Shown: piece by piece, positions 18,923 to 27,640 of the stretch
Layout: each line of letters starts with the position of its first letter
Position numbering within the stretch: the first letter of the stretch is position 1
Assembly (NCBI RefSeq): GCF_000010065.1
Contig: NC_006576.1
Location: 1,530,001 to 1,562,000, forward strand
Length of the DNA: 32,000 nucleotides
Direction of reading: 5' to 3'
Origin: Synechococcus elongatus PCC 6301
GTDB taxonomy: Bacteria; Cyanobacteriota; Cyanobacteriia; Synechococcales; Synechococcaceae
Notes under the pieces: model-generated
Told to the model about the DNA's origin: nothing
What the model saw: the letters and a program-made list of their open reading frames with translations, nothing else
Databases searched by the model: none
Translations under genes and position numbers: made by a program

Positions 18923-19576
18923 GTGACAGTCTCTGCTTTTGTCTTGCTGCTGTGTCGCCGCGCGATCGTGACTCTCGACTCCACCCCCGCCTTTAGTACC
19001 GATCCCGAACTGATCTGCTTTAGCAGTCGGTTTCAGGACGAGATGGAGATGTACGCTCCGGCAGAGGTCGTCGCTCACTATCTCGATCGCCACGAGGAAT
19101 GGTTCCGGCGCTGCGCCGAACCGATGGCCACTACCTCGATCGGCAAGGATGCCTACGCGATCGTGTTGGGGCGCTATGGATCTCTGGGCTTTGAGGTCGA
19201 GCCGCAGATTGGCCTTGAGCTATTACCCGCTGATCAAGGGGTCTACCGGATTTGCACTGTGCCGGTACCGGGCTATGAGTCCCAAGGCTATCAAGTCGAT
19301 TTTCAGGCCTCGCTCAGCCTCGATCGCCTCACCCACGAAACCGAAGCACCCGTCACCGAAGCGACCGCAGTGGCTTGGGATCTACTGCTGACCGTGGGGA
19401 TTCGCCTGCCGCGCTTTATCCACGTGCTGCCCCAGAAGCTGGTGCACAGCACCGGTGACCATCTGTTGCGGCAAATTGTGCGCCAGACCTCACGCCGCTT
19501 GACGCACCGCGTTCAAGAAGACTTTCATCAGCAACTGAATTTGCCGCTGCCGCCCCGTCGTCACGCGCGTTTCTGA
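18923..19576 (+). CDS. DUF1997 family protein
   Basis: Cyanobacteria/plastid-type pattern VAHYLDRHEEWFRRCAEPMATTSIGKDAYAIVLGRYGSLGFEVEPQIGLEL. Start uncertain. Confidence 0.75.
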   Translation: MTVSAFVLLLCRRAIVTLDSTPAFSTDPELICFSSRFQDEMEMYAPAEVVAHYLDRHEEWFRRCAEPMATTSIGKDAYAIVLGRYGSLGFEVEPQIGLELLPADQGVYRICTVPVPGYESQGYQVDFQASLSLDRLTHETEAPVTEATAVAWDLLLTVGIRLPRFIHVLPQKLVHSTGDHLLRQIVRQTSRRLTHRVQEDFHQQLNLPLPPRRHARF

Positions 19577-19743
19577 CGCTCTAGCTGGCTGGAACTCTGG
19601 GCGATCGCAGCCGTCTTCAGTCGATCAATCCGCTCGACAAGCCTGATTTCGTTCCCTCTAGCGACGCAGCGGCCCATCTTTGCCGACTTGTGATTACCAC
19701 CAAGCCTTGATCTCAGCGGCAAGGCGTAGGTCAATGGAAAGCA

Positions 19744-20943
19744 ATGTGCTCTTCTTCAGAGTGTCCGGTGACGTCTATCCCCGCCTTTAATCTGACTGAG
19801 CAGTACCGCCGTATCGGTGCTGAGCTAGAAACTGCGACAGCCAAGGTCTTAGCCTCGGGGGGCTACATCGGCGGACAGACTGTTGCGGACTTTGAAGCGG
19901 CTTTTGCAGCGGCCATGGGTGTGACGGAAGCCGTGGGCTGCAATTCGGGCACCGATGCGCTGCATCTAGCACTGCGGGCATTAGACATCGGGCCTGGGGA
20001 CGAAGTCATCACTTCGCCGTTTACCTTTTTTGCCTCTGCAGAAGCGATTAGTTTGGCGGGGGCCACACCCGTCCTAGTCGACATCGAACCCCAGTTCTTC
20101 AACCTCGACTATCGCCAGATCGAAGCAGCGATTACCCCGCGCACCAAGGCGATTATTCCCGTTCATCTGTTCGGCCATCCGGCGGCGATGTCGGAGATTA
20201 TGGCGATTGCCCGAGCCCACAATCTGCGCGTGATTGAGGATTGTGCCCAAGCGACGGGAGCAACTTGGCAGGGTCAGCCGGTTGGCAGCTTTGGCGACTG
20301 TGGCTGCTTTAGCTTCTATCCGACCAAAAATTTGGGGGCCTGCGGCGATGGCGGCCTCGTCACAACCAAGAATCCTGAAGTGGCCGATCGCCTGCGATCG
20401 CTGCGTCAGCATGGCATGCGGGTGCGCTACTACCACGATGAGATCGGCCTGAATAGCCGTTTGGATGCGCTGCAGGCGGTGATTCTCTCGATTAAGCTGC
20501 GCTACTTGGATGAGTGGAATCAGCAGCGCCAAGCGATCGCGCAGCGCTATGGCGAAGCGATCGCCGCGATTCCCGGTCTGGTCGCCCCCAGCGTGCACGC
20601 CGATGCCGTCCATGTCTGGCACCAATACACGGTGCGGGTGCAGGCCTGTGGCGATCGCAGCCGCTGTGTCAGTCATCCCTGCGATCGCCAAGGACTTTGC
20701 CGCGACTGGCTGCAACAACAACTGCAAGCCCAAGGCATTGGCTCGATGATCTACTACCCCGTGCCTGTGCATCTGCAGCAGGCCTACAGCCAGTTAGGCT
20801 ACAAGACTGGCGACTTCCCTGAAGCCGAGCGTGCCGCCCAAGAAGTCCTGTCGCTGCCGATGTTCCCGGAACTCAACGAGGATGATCAGGCTCGGGTGAT
20901 CACGGCTCTGAAGGATCTGGCGATCGCAGCCGTCCAGTCCTAG
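19744..20943 (+). CDS. DegT/DnrJ/EryC1/StrS-family PLP aminotransferase
   Basis: GGYIGGQTVADFEAAFAAAMG, CNSGTDALHLALRAL, EDCAQATGATWQGQPVGSFGDCGCFSFYPTKNLGACGDGG. GTG at 19768 (MTSIPAFNLTEQYRR) is a likely alternative start. Confidence 0.93.
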   Translation: MCSSSECPVTSIPAFNLTEQYRRIGAELETATAKVLASGGYIGGQTVADFEAAFAAAMGVTEAVGCNSGTDALHLALRALDIGPGDEVITSPFTFFASAEAISLAGATPVLVDIEPQFFNLDYRQIEAAITPRTKAIIPVHLFGHPAAMSEIMAIARAHNLRVIEDCAQATGATWQGQPVGSFGDCGCFSFYPTKNLGACGDGGLVTTKNPEVADRLRSLRQHGMRVRYYHDEIGLNSRLDALQAVILSIKLRYLDEWNQQRQAIAQRYGEAIAAIPGLVAPSVHADAVHVWHQYTVRVQACGDRSRCVSHPCDRQGLCRDWLQQQLQAQGIGSMIYYPVPVHLQQAYSQLGYKTGDFPEAERAAQEVLSLPMFPELNEDDQARVITALKDLAIAAVQS

Positions 20944-20944
20944 C

Positions 20945-21505
20945 ATGCTGGCTCCTTGGCGATCGCCCCTGGCGCGGGCGTTGCATCGCAATCGGGCTCA
21001 GCCCCAAAGCCGCTACTTTCAGCTAGCCACTGTGACAACTGAGGGCAAAGCTGCCAACCGCACCGTGGTCTTTCGGGGATTTCTGGAGCCAAATCGGCTG
21101 CAGCTGTTCACCGATGCGCGATCGGCCAAGCTGATGCAGTTAGCAGCGGGCTGTGAGATCTGCTGGTACTTCGCCAAGACCCGCGAGCAATTTCGAATTC
21201 AAGGTGAGATCGCCGCTGTGACTGCCGCAGATTCAGGCGATTTGCAAGCCGCCCGACAGCAACTCTGGCAGCGTTTGAGTCTGGCAGCGCGACAGCAGCT
21301 CTACTGGCCACAACCTGGAGCTGTGTGGGAAGAAGCCGCGATCGCCTCTGAAGTTGAGGATCTCGATCAGCTGCCAGAGAACTTTGTCTTGCTGGTAATT
21401 CGCCCGATCGCGGTCGATCATTTGCAACTGGCACCCGACCCCCAAGAACGCTGGTCTTACTGGCAGCACGAATCAGACTGGCGGCGGCAGCGCTTGAATC
21501 CCTAG
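20945..21505 (+). CDS. pyridoxamine 5'-phosphate oxidase-family FMN-binding protein
   Basis: QPQSRYFQLATVTTEGKAANRTVVFRGFLEPNRLQLFTDARSAKLMQL; C-terminal RWSYWQHESDWRRQRLNP. Confidence 0.85.
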   Translation: MLAPWRSPLARALHRNRAQPQSRYFQLATVTTEGKAANRTVVFRGFLEPNRLQLFTDARSAKLMQLAAGCEICWYFAKTREQFRIQGEIAAVTAADSGDLQAARQQLWQRLSLAARQQLYWPQPGAVWEEAAIASEVEDLDQLPENFVLLVIRPIAVDHLQLAPDPQERWSYWQHESDWRRQRLNP

Positions 21506-21507
21506 CC

Positions 21508-21804
21508 TCAGGGAATTGAGTGAGGGCGCGGGGCAGTCAGTGTTTCGTAGGCGGCGATGCCTAGATCGGCGGGCATCCCGCAGGAGAGTGCTACTTCCCC
21601 CAAACAATCGAGGGGCGGTCGCTGCTGACTGCTGGCAAATTGTTGCAGGCGATCGCAGAACTGATAGCCCATCTGAATCAGCCGCTGGATTTCGCTGAGG
21701 GCGAGCAACGACTCCACCTCAGCTGCGCTAATCTGTTGCCCCACTTGTCGCAGGCGGGCATTGAGCACCCGTTCCACGAAGCGGCATTCCTGTTCCTGCG
21801 ACAT
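21508..21804 (-). CDS. conserved hypothetical protein (98 aa)
   Basis: Complete ORF filling the gap convergent with the PPOX gene. Confidence 0.6.
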   Translation of the reverse strand: MSQEQECRFVERVLNARLRQVGQQISAAEVESLLALSEIQRLIQMGYQFCDRLQQFASSQQRPPLDCLGEVALSCGMPADLGIAAYETLTAPRPHSIP

Positions 21805-21938
21805 GTCAACCTGCCCCCGCCAGCAATTGGCGGTGATCGGTGCGCGTTCAGCTGCCTGAGAGGGGACTTCACAGCGCTACACTGGCCAGCGTCAGGGGCT
21901 CAGTGCTGACTGGCAGACCGATCCCCAGCGTCCTAGGC

Positions 21939-22892
21939 ATGATTGAAGTCGAACAACTGACTCAGCAGTATGGTGCCCGCGCTGCCATCCAAGACCTTAC
22001 TTTTCGGGTTGAAGCGGGCGAAATCTTGGGTTTTTTAGGCCCGAATGGCGCAGGTAAGACGACTACGCTACGCATTTTGGCGGCAGCACAACCCGCCAGC
22101 CGAGGCACAGCCCGCATTGCCGGCTGGGACGTGCATCGACAAGCGCAGGCAGTACGGCAACGGATCGGCTACCTGCCGGAAATTCCGCCGCTCTACCCTG
22201 AGATGACAGTGCAGGCTTACCTTAGCTTTGTGGCGCGACTCAAGGGTGTGGTAGCCGGCGATCGCCCGCAACGGTTAGCCGAGACCCTGCAGCGCTGTGG
22301 TCTCAACGATCGCGCTCAAACGCCGATTCGCAAGCTCTCCAAGGGCTATCGGCAACGGGTGGGCTTGGCTCAGGCGATCGTCCATGATCCGCCGGTGATT
22401 TTGCTAGATGAACCAACTGTTGGCCTCGACCCCCGCCAGTTGCAAGAGGTGCGATCGCTGATTCGCAGTTTGGCGGGCGAGAAGACCGTGATTTTCTCGA
22501 GCCATATCCTGTCTGAAGTCAGTCAAGTGAGCGATCGCGTCGTCATCCTCAACCAAGGGCGCCTAGTGACAACCACGGCAACACGGGAGCTGCTACAGCA
22601 AGGCGGCTGGCACTATCGCCTTGAAGTCAGTGGCGATCGCAATCCCTTGGCAGTTTTACAAAGTCTGGATGGGGTGCAGTCAGTCCAGATGCAAGCCCAA
22701 ACTGGCGATCGCTGGATTATTAGCCTCACCAGTCAGGCCGACCAAGAGATTGGCGCAGCGATCGCAGCCACCATCCAGCAGCAGGGTGGGCAACTCTGGG
22801 AACTGCGGCGCGATCGCCCCAGTCTGGAAGAGATTTTCCTGCGGCTGACTGCCCCAGTCCCGCTGAACCCGTCCGAGGAACCGGCAGAATAA
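21939..22892 (+). CDS. ABC transporter ATP-binding protein (GldA/CcmA-like)
   Basis: ORF from 21840, family start MIEVEQLTQQYG at 21939; GFLGPNGAGKTTT, LSKGYRQRVGLAQA, VILLDEPTVGLDP. Confidence 0.93.
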   Translation: MIEVEQLTQQYGARAAIQDLTFRVEAGEILGFLGPNGAGKTTTLRILAAAQPASRGTARIAGWDVHRQAQAVRQRIGYLPEIPPLYPEMTVQAYLSFVARLKGVVAGDRPQRLAETLQRCGLNDRAQTPIRKLSKGYRQRVGLAQAIVHDPPVILLDEPTVGLDPRQLQEVRSLIRSLAGEKTVIFSSHILSEVSQVSDRVVILNQGRLVTTTATRELLQQGGWHYRLEVSGDRNPLAVLQSLDGVQSVQMQAQTGDRWIISLTSQADQEIGAAIAATIQQQGGQLWELRRDRPSLEEIFLRLTAPVPLNPSEEPAE

Positions 22893-22896
22893 CAGC

Positions 22897-23706
22897 ATGC
22901 AACGCCTTCATCTGCTGCGCGATCGCGCCGGCGTCGTTCTCTACGAACGAGAGCTACGCAGTTATTTTGGATCGCCGTTTTTTTATGGCATTGCCGGCGC
23001 TTTTTGGCTGCTGGCAGGTTTTTTCTTCAACGTGCAACTGCAGAGCCTGCTCAGTCAGCTCGCTGCTTTTGACCAACAGGGCGGTGCCACTATCACCCAG
23101 CCGATCGATGCCCCTTATCTGCTGATTCAGAACTTCATGGGAGTGCTGGGCTTTCTGCTGCTGTTGCTGCTGCCGATGCTGTCGATGGGGCTCTACACCG
23201 AGGAACGCAAACGCACCACCTTGGAATTGCTACTGACGGCTCCCGTGCGGAATTGGACGGTGGCGATCGCCAAGCTCCTAGCAGTGTTGACGGCCGTTGT
23301 GGGCCTCCTGCTACCAATCGCCCTCTACGAAGCGATCGCCCTTGGATCCTCTAGCCCGGCGCTTTCGCCTTGGATCTTCCTCTCGGGCTATGTCGGCTTA
23401 CTACTCCTCGCGGCGGCTGTTCTGTCCTTAGGCATGTTCCTGTCCTCGTTGACCGACAGCACGGTTTTGGCTGCCATTTTGAGCTTCCTGCTGGTGCTGG
23501 CGCTCTGGGCCCTGGATAGCTTGGGCGGCAGCGTGAGTGGCGCGATCGGGGATATCAGTCGTCATCTGTCACTGTTGCAGCAATACAGCCAGTGGGTGGA
23601 AGGGCAGGTGAGTAGCGCCAGCGTCATTCTCTTTGCCAGCGCGATCGGCTTGGGCTTGTTCCTAACAGCTCAATCCGTGGAACTGTTGCGCGTGCGGCGA
23701 GGTTAA
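22897..23706 (+). CDS. ABC-2 type transport permease (GldF-like)
   Basis: Multi-TM; ELRSYFGSPFFYGIAGAFWLLAGFFF, LLLLLLPMLSMGLYTEERKRTTLELLLTAPV. Confidence 0.88.
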   Translation: MQRLHLLRDRAGVVLYERELRSYFGSPFFYGIAGAFWLLAGFFFNVQLQSLLSQLAAFDQQGGATITQPIDAPYLLIQNFMGVLGFLLLLLLPMLSMGLYTEERKRTTLELLLTAPVRNWTVAIAKLLAVLTAVVGLLLPIALYEAIALGSSSPALSPWIFLSGYVGLLLLAAAVLSLGMFLSSLTDSTVLAAILSFLLVLALWALDSLGGSVSGAIGDISRHLSLLQQYSQWVEGQVSSASVILFASAIGLGLFLTAQSVELLRVRRG

Positions 23707-23710
23707 ATCC

Positions 23711-25225
23711 ATGCAACTTTGGGGTCGCCGCCTACGGCACTGGGGGCCGGGACTGGGGATTGGGCTAGCTGTGGCGGCTCTTGGCTTTGCTTTCATCCGC
23801 GGCGTGCAGCCCGGCGCGATCGCCCTTTTTCTGCTTGGCAGCGCGATCGCCCTGTCTAGCTGGCTTTTCAGCCTGAATTGGCAGCAACGCAGTCTGCGAT
23901 CGGGGGCAACCGCAGCGGGCACCACGGCCTTGATCCTACTGCTGCTCATCCTGCTCAATTGGGGGGCCGTACGTTGGGATCGCCGCCTTGATTTGACTGA
24001 AGCGCAGCTCAACAGCTTGGCGCCAGAATCCCAGCAAGTTGTCTCGCAACTGCAGCAACCACTGACGCTCTGGTTCTTCTCAGCACAACCCGATCCGAGT
24101 CTTCAAAAGCTGGTCCAGCTCTACCAGCGCCAAAGTCCACAACTGAAATTTGAACGGGTCGATCGCCAGCAACGACCCGATTTGGCTCAGCGGTTGGGGG
24201 TCAAAGATGAAGGTGACTTGATTCTGGAGCAGGGCGATCGCCGTCAGTTTCTGGTCAATCAAGCAGTTACGCCTCTGAGTGAAGCTCGTCTAACGACCGC
24301 GATCGCGAACCTCCAGCAAACCTCAATCACACCGCTCTACTGGTTGCAAGGCCACGGAGAACCCGCGCCGGAAGCCTTAGCTGCTGCCAAGCAAGCTTTG
24401 AGCGATCGCGGCTACACCGTGCGCCCGCTCAACCTCGCCAGTCAGCTCGCTACAGGACAGACTGAGATTCCTGAGGATGCAGCGTTGGTGGCAATCGTCG
24501 CACCAGAGCGGCCCTTACTCGCGACCGAAGTCGCTAGTCTGCAACGCTACATCGATCGCGGCGGGCGGTTAGCTGTGTTTGCACCGCCTGGCCCCGATAA
24601 CGGTCTAGCACCGCTACTCCAACCCTGGGGACTGACGCTCGATCCGCGATCGGTAATCGACAGCAGTTCAGGTGCGATCGCCGGATTTGGTCCCGAAGCA
24701 CCCTTGGTCGATCGCTATGGCAACCATCCAATCACCCAAGCTTTTGGCAATGGCGTTTCTTTCTTCCCCAAAGCAGGCGCGATTTTGATTGCAGAAAAAC
24801 CCGAGATCCAAGTCGATCCGCTGCTGATTAGCAACGATCGCAGTTGGGCAGAGGCGGATTTGAGCGACACCGTCGGCTTTGATCCGGCCCGTGATCTCCG
24901 GGGACCGCTTGCCCTTGCTGCGGCTGCTAGTCGCAAGACAGGCAATCAAGAGGCGCGGATTGTGGTTTTTGGCAGCAGTCAATTCTTGCAAGATCGCCTA
25001 TTCAATCAGCAGCTCAATGGCGATGTCTTCCTGAATAGCGTCGGCTGGTTGAGCGATCGTCAAGCCGAAACCTTGAGCATTCGTCCGCGCCAAAGTCGCG
25101 ATCGCCGTCTGCTGCTGACGGGCTGGCGGGCCACGCTGGTGACTTGGCTTTCCTTAATCCTCGTGCCTCTCGCTGGTTGGGGGGCTGCGGGTTGGCTCAC
25201 TTGGCAGCGGCGACGCGCTCTATGA
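23711..25225 (+). CDS. GldG-like ABC-associated auxiliary protein
   Basis: NWGAVRWDRRLDLTEAQLNSLAPESQQVVSQLQQPLTLWFF; SVGWLSDRQAETLSIRPRQSRDRRLLLT. Confidence 0.85.
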   Translation: MQLWGRRLRHWGPGLGIGLAVAALGFAFIRGVQPGAIALFLLGSAIALSSWLFSLNWQQRSLRSGATAAGTTALILLLLILLNWGAVRWDRRLDLTEAQLNSLAPESQQVVSQLQQPLTLWFFSAQPDPSLQKLVQLYQRQSPQLKFERVDRQQRPDLAQRLGVKDEGDLILEQGDRRQFLVNQAVTPLSEARLTTAIANLQQTSITPLYWLQGHGEPAPEALAAAKQALSDRGYTVRPLNLASQLATGQTEIPEDAALVAIVAPERPLLATEVASLQRYIDRGGRLAVFAPPGPDNGLAPLLQPWGLTLDPRSVIDSSSGAIAGFGPEAPLVDRYGNHPITQAFGNGVSFFPKAGAILIAEKPEIQVDPLLISNDRSWAEADLSDTVGFDPARDLRGPLALAAAASRKTGNQEARIVVFGSSQFLQDRLFNQQLNGDVFLNSVGWLSDRQAETLSIRPRQSRDRRLLLTGWRATLVTWLSLILVPLAGWGAAGWLTWQRRRAL

Positions 25226-25341
25226 ATTCTTCCGCAATGTTTCTGACGTTCCTTCCGCTCCTCGGTAGAATTGGAGAGCGTTTCTTTACCTTGTTGAAGA
25301 ATCGCGCGTTGCTTTCAACATTTCCCGTCTCCCGGTTCTGA

Positions 25342-25896
25342 ATGGCTCTACCTCCCCAACCGAACAGCGCTCGCAACCTTCGCAATCTCCCCCAGATCAA
25401 CGAACGCATTCGCTTCCCGAAAATTCGTGTCGTCGATACTGATGGGGCCCAACTCGGAATTTTGACCCCTGCAGAAGCGCTACGGATTGCCGAGGAGAAA
25501 GAACTCGATTTAGTACTGGTCAGTGATAAGGCCGACCCACCGGTTTGCCGGATTATGGATTACGGCAAGTATAAATTTGAGCAAGAAAAACGCGCTCGAG
25601 AAGCGCGCAAGAAGCAGCATAACGTCGAAGTTAAAGAAGTGAAGATGCGCTACAAGATCGACGAGCACGACTATCAAGTGCGCGTCAATCAGGCTCAGCG
25701 CTTCCTCAAAGCCGGCGACAAAGTCAAAGCCACGATTACTTTCCGGGGGCGTGAAATTCAGCACACGGACTTGGCTCAGCAGTTGTTGATGCGCCTTGCC
25801 AGCGATCTCAAGGAGCTGGGCGAAGTCCAGCAAGCACCGAAGAAAGAAGGCCGCAACATGATGATGATGCTCGGGCCGAAGAAAGCGGGTAGCTAG
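25342..25896 (+). CDS. infC: translation initiation factor IF-3
   Basis: [69 protein letters not shown]. Confidence 0.98.
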   Translation: MALPPQPNSARNLRNLPQINERIRFPKIRVVDTDGAQLGILTPAEALRIAEEKELDLVLVSDKADPPVCRIMDYGKYKFEQEKRAREARKKQHNVEVKEVKMRYKIDEHDYQVRVNQAQRFLKAGDKVKATITFRGREIQHTDLAQQLLMRLASDLKELGEVQQAPKKEGRNMMMMLGPKKAGS

Positions 25897-25925
25897 TCAA
25901 TCTTGCGTCATTGAACTCAACAAAG

Positions 25926-25956
25926 AGTGAGTAGGAAGTGATTTCTACTCACTTTT
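25926..25956 (+). terminator. intrinsic terminator-like hairpin downstream of infC
   Basis: AGTGAGTAGGAA-GTGA-TTTCTACTCACT followed by TTT; 12-bp stem (one G-T pair) with 4-nt loop. Confidence 0.75.
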
Positions 25957-26012
25957 GCTATGGCGCGATCGCCAGTCATCCCAAGCTTGCTTCCGATGTC
26001 TAGCCCGAGTTC

Positions 26013-26180
26013 ATGAAAACCGACAAGCTGTTCTACGCGATCTTTGCGACTTTGCCGGATTTGGTAACGGAGCTAGTGGATGGCATTCCCCCTGCAGCTC
26101 GCTATCGCTTCGCTGCCCTGATAGTTAAGCTCGTCGGTCAAGCACCCCCTCCTCAACACAGCTCACCATTGACTGGGTGA
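26013..26180 (+). pseudogene. truncated Rpn-family/DUF2887-like nuclease (putative transposase) remnant, 55 aa
   Basis: Hand-translated short ORF MKTDKLFYAIFATLPDLVTELVDGIPPAARYRFAALIVKLVGQAPPPQHSSPLTG*; N-terminus matches the MKTD-x-LFYxIFxxxP start typical of this cyanobacterial family, catalytic portion missing. Confidence 0.6.
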
Positions 26181-26617
26181 TTCCGGGACGACTGGCAATC
26201 GGCCCATTGCCCCACGAGCAGCAGCGATCGCAGTTTGAGCAGGAGAATATCCAGGCGGTTCTTTCCCTTTGCGCTCCCCAAGAAGGTCCTATCCCAGAAT
26301 GGATTCAGATTCGGCAATGGCAGCGCTGCATCTTACCCGACAGTTATTGCAACAAGCTGATCAGTGTTGAGCAAATAACTACTGCCGTTGAGCAGCTCCA
26401 TCAGTTAATCCTCACGAGCCCACCGGTCTACATTCACTGCATTGCCTCAATTGAGCGATCGCCTTTGATCACGCTGGCCTATCTCTGTCGCCATCGAGGA
26501 TTGGAATTTTGGGAAGCCCTGAGTTATTTACAGCAAGTTCATCGAGCGACTCGGCCGACTGATACTCAGATAAGAGTGCTCCAGCAGTATCTTCGCCGTG
26601 GATCGGATCAGGCTTAG
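26177..26617 (+). CDS. dual-specificity-type protein phosphatase
   Basis: VYIHCIASIERSPLITLAYLCRHRG contains HCx5RS signature; GTG start overlaps preceding TGA. Confidence 0.75.
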   Translation: MIPGRLAIGPLPHEQQRSQFEQENIQAVLSLCAPQEGPIPEWIQIRQWQRCILPDSYCNKLISVEQITTAVEQLHQLILTSPPVYIHCIASIERSPLITLAYLCRHRGLEFWEALSYLQQVHRATRPTDTQIRVLQQYLRRGSDQA

Positions 26618-26881
26618 GACTGGGTTTGAGGGGGTAAAGTGCAAGGGCAATCGCGTTACCACTGAAACTGATGGCTGAGACCTGCTTTCACCCTGGACAG
26701 CCTATCTGGAGACTACCTAGGCCGCAGTGAGGGATCTAGGAACAGGCGGAGTGGAGCAATTAGAAAAAGAGTAGGATTGCTGTCGCATCTGTTAACAGTA
26801 ATAGGCTGGCGACTGCGGAACACCGCCCGATCGCAAAAGCGAACGTTAGGCACTGAGGCGATCAGAGTAGATGTTGCGCCT

Positions 26882-27232
26882 TTAGCCAGCGCTACACTGT
26901 AGAGCTTTGAGCAGTCTGTAGATATCGAGGGCGGCGCTCATGATGCTGTTGTTGAGGAGAAGGTAGGAGTCAGAGTCACTGAGGCGATCGCTGACGACAT
27001 AGTCGGCGAGGATGCGACTGGTGTCGAGACTGCTAGGGAACCAAACGAGGTTGGTTTACAACAATGTAGCGGTGCAGGTAACGAAGCCTTAGCTTTTGCT
27101 GCTTTGTTTGGTGCAGCGTTGGCGTTGCTTAAGCGTCAGGCTGAGTAGAGGTTCGAAGACGGTTTGCAGTTCCATGCAAAGCTCACGTAGTCGGTCGGGT
27201 TTCTCTGGAGTGAGAGGGGATGCTGGGGACAT
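26882..27232 (-). pseudogene. possible decayed protein-coding gene of unknown family
   Basis: One minus frame reads MSPASPLTPEKPDRLRELCMELQTVFEPLLSLTLKQRQRCTKQSSKS*GFVTCTATLL*TNLVWFPSSLDTSRILADYVVSDRLSDSDSYLLLNNSIMSAALDIYRLLKALQCSAG*. Confidence 0.35.
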
Positions 27233-27640
27233 ACATAGAATTACTTCGACTGTGTACAACTAGGCTATGGGAAGTTGCCGCGAACTACATCTGGGATAAC
27301 AGAGGCGATGGGTATTGAGGTTGATGAAGCTAAAGCTTTAGGTTTTCTTTGAATTGGTGTGGCCGGGTATCGTTTGGGTATAGCTGGGTCATGTTTAAGG
27401 GTCGTTGGACAATGTTCGGAAGTAGCAGAGTGATTTTTTAGGGTGAGTGGATATGGTGCGAGAGCAACTAACTAGCCTTAAAGAGAGAAGCAGCGATTAA
27501 AAGGTGATTCCAAATACTGTCTTAGGTTGCAAAGTTAATGTTATTTAACAAAGCTATTACGTCAGATAGGTTTGTGTAAAACTTGTCGATGTGATACTTG
27601 TTAAGCTCATTAACTAGGCTGTTAATCATCACTTGTTGGA

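Noticed and set aside
20074-20772. 232-aa antisense ORF opposite the DegT-like gene
   Set aside because: Longest antisense frame in the window, but it is a shadow of a strongly supported aminotransferase; no recognisable motifs.
26620-27640. Possible CRISPR, retron ncRNA or diversity-generating element in the 1-kb gap
   Set aside because: No regularly spaced repeats, no reverse transcriptase gene and no template/variable repeat pair seen; coding decay explains it better.
27521-27640. GTTAATGTTATTTAAC and repeated TTAA-rich segments upstream of rfbF considered as a specific operator
   Set aside because: Arms are only 5 bp and the area is AT-rich promoter-like DNA; insufficient evidence for a defined binding site.
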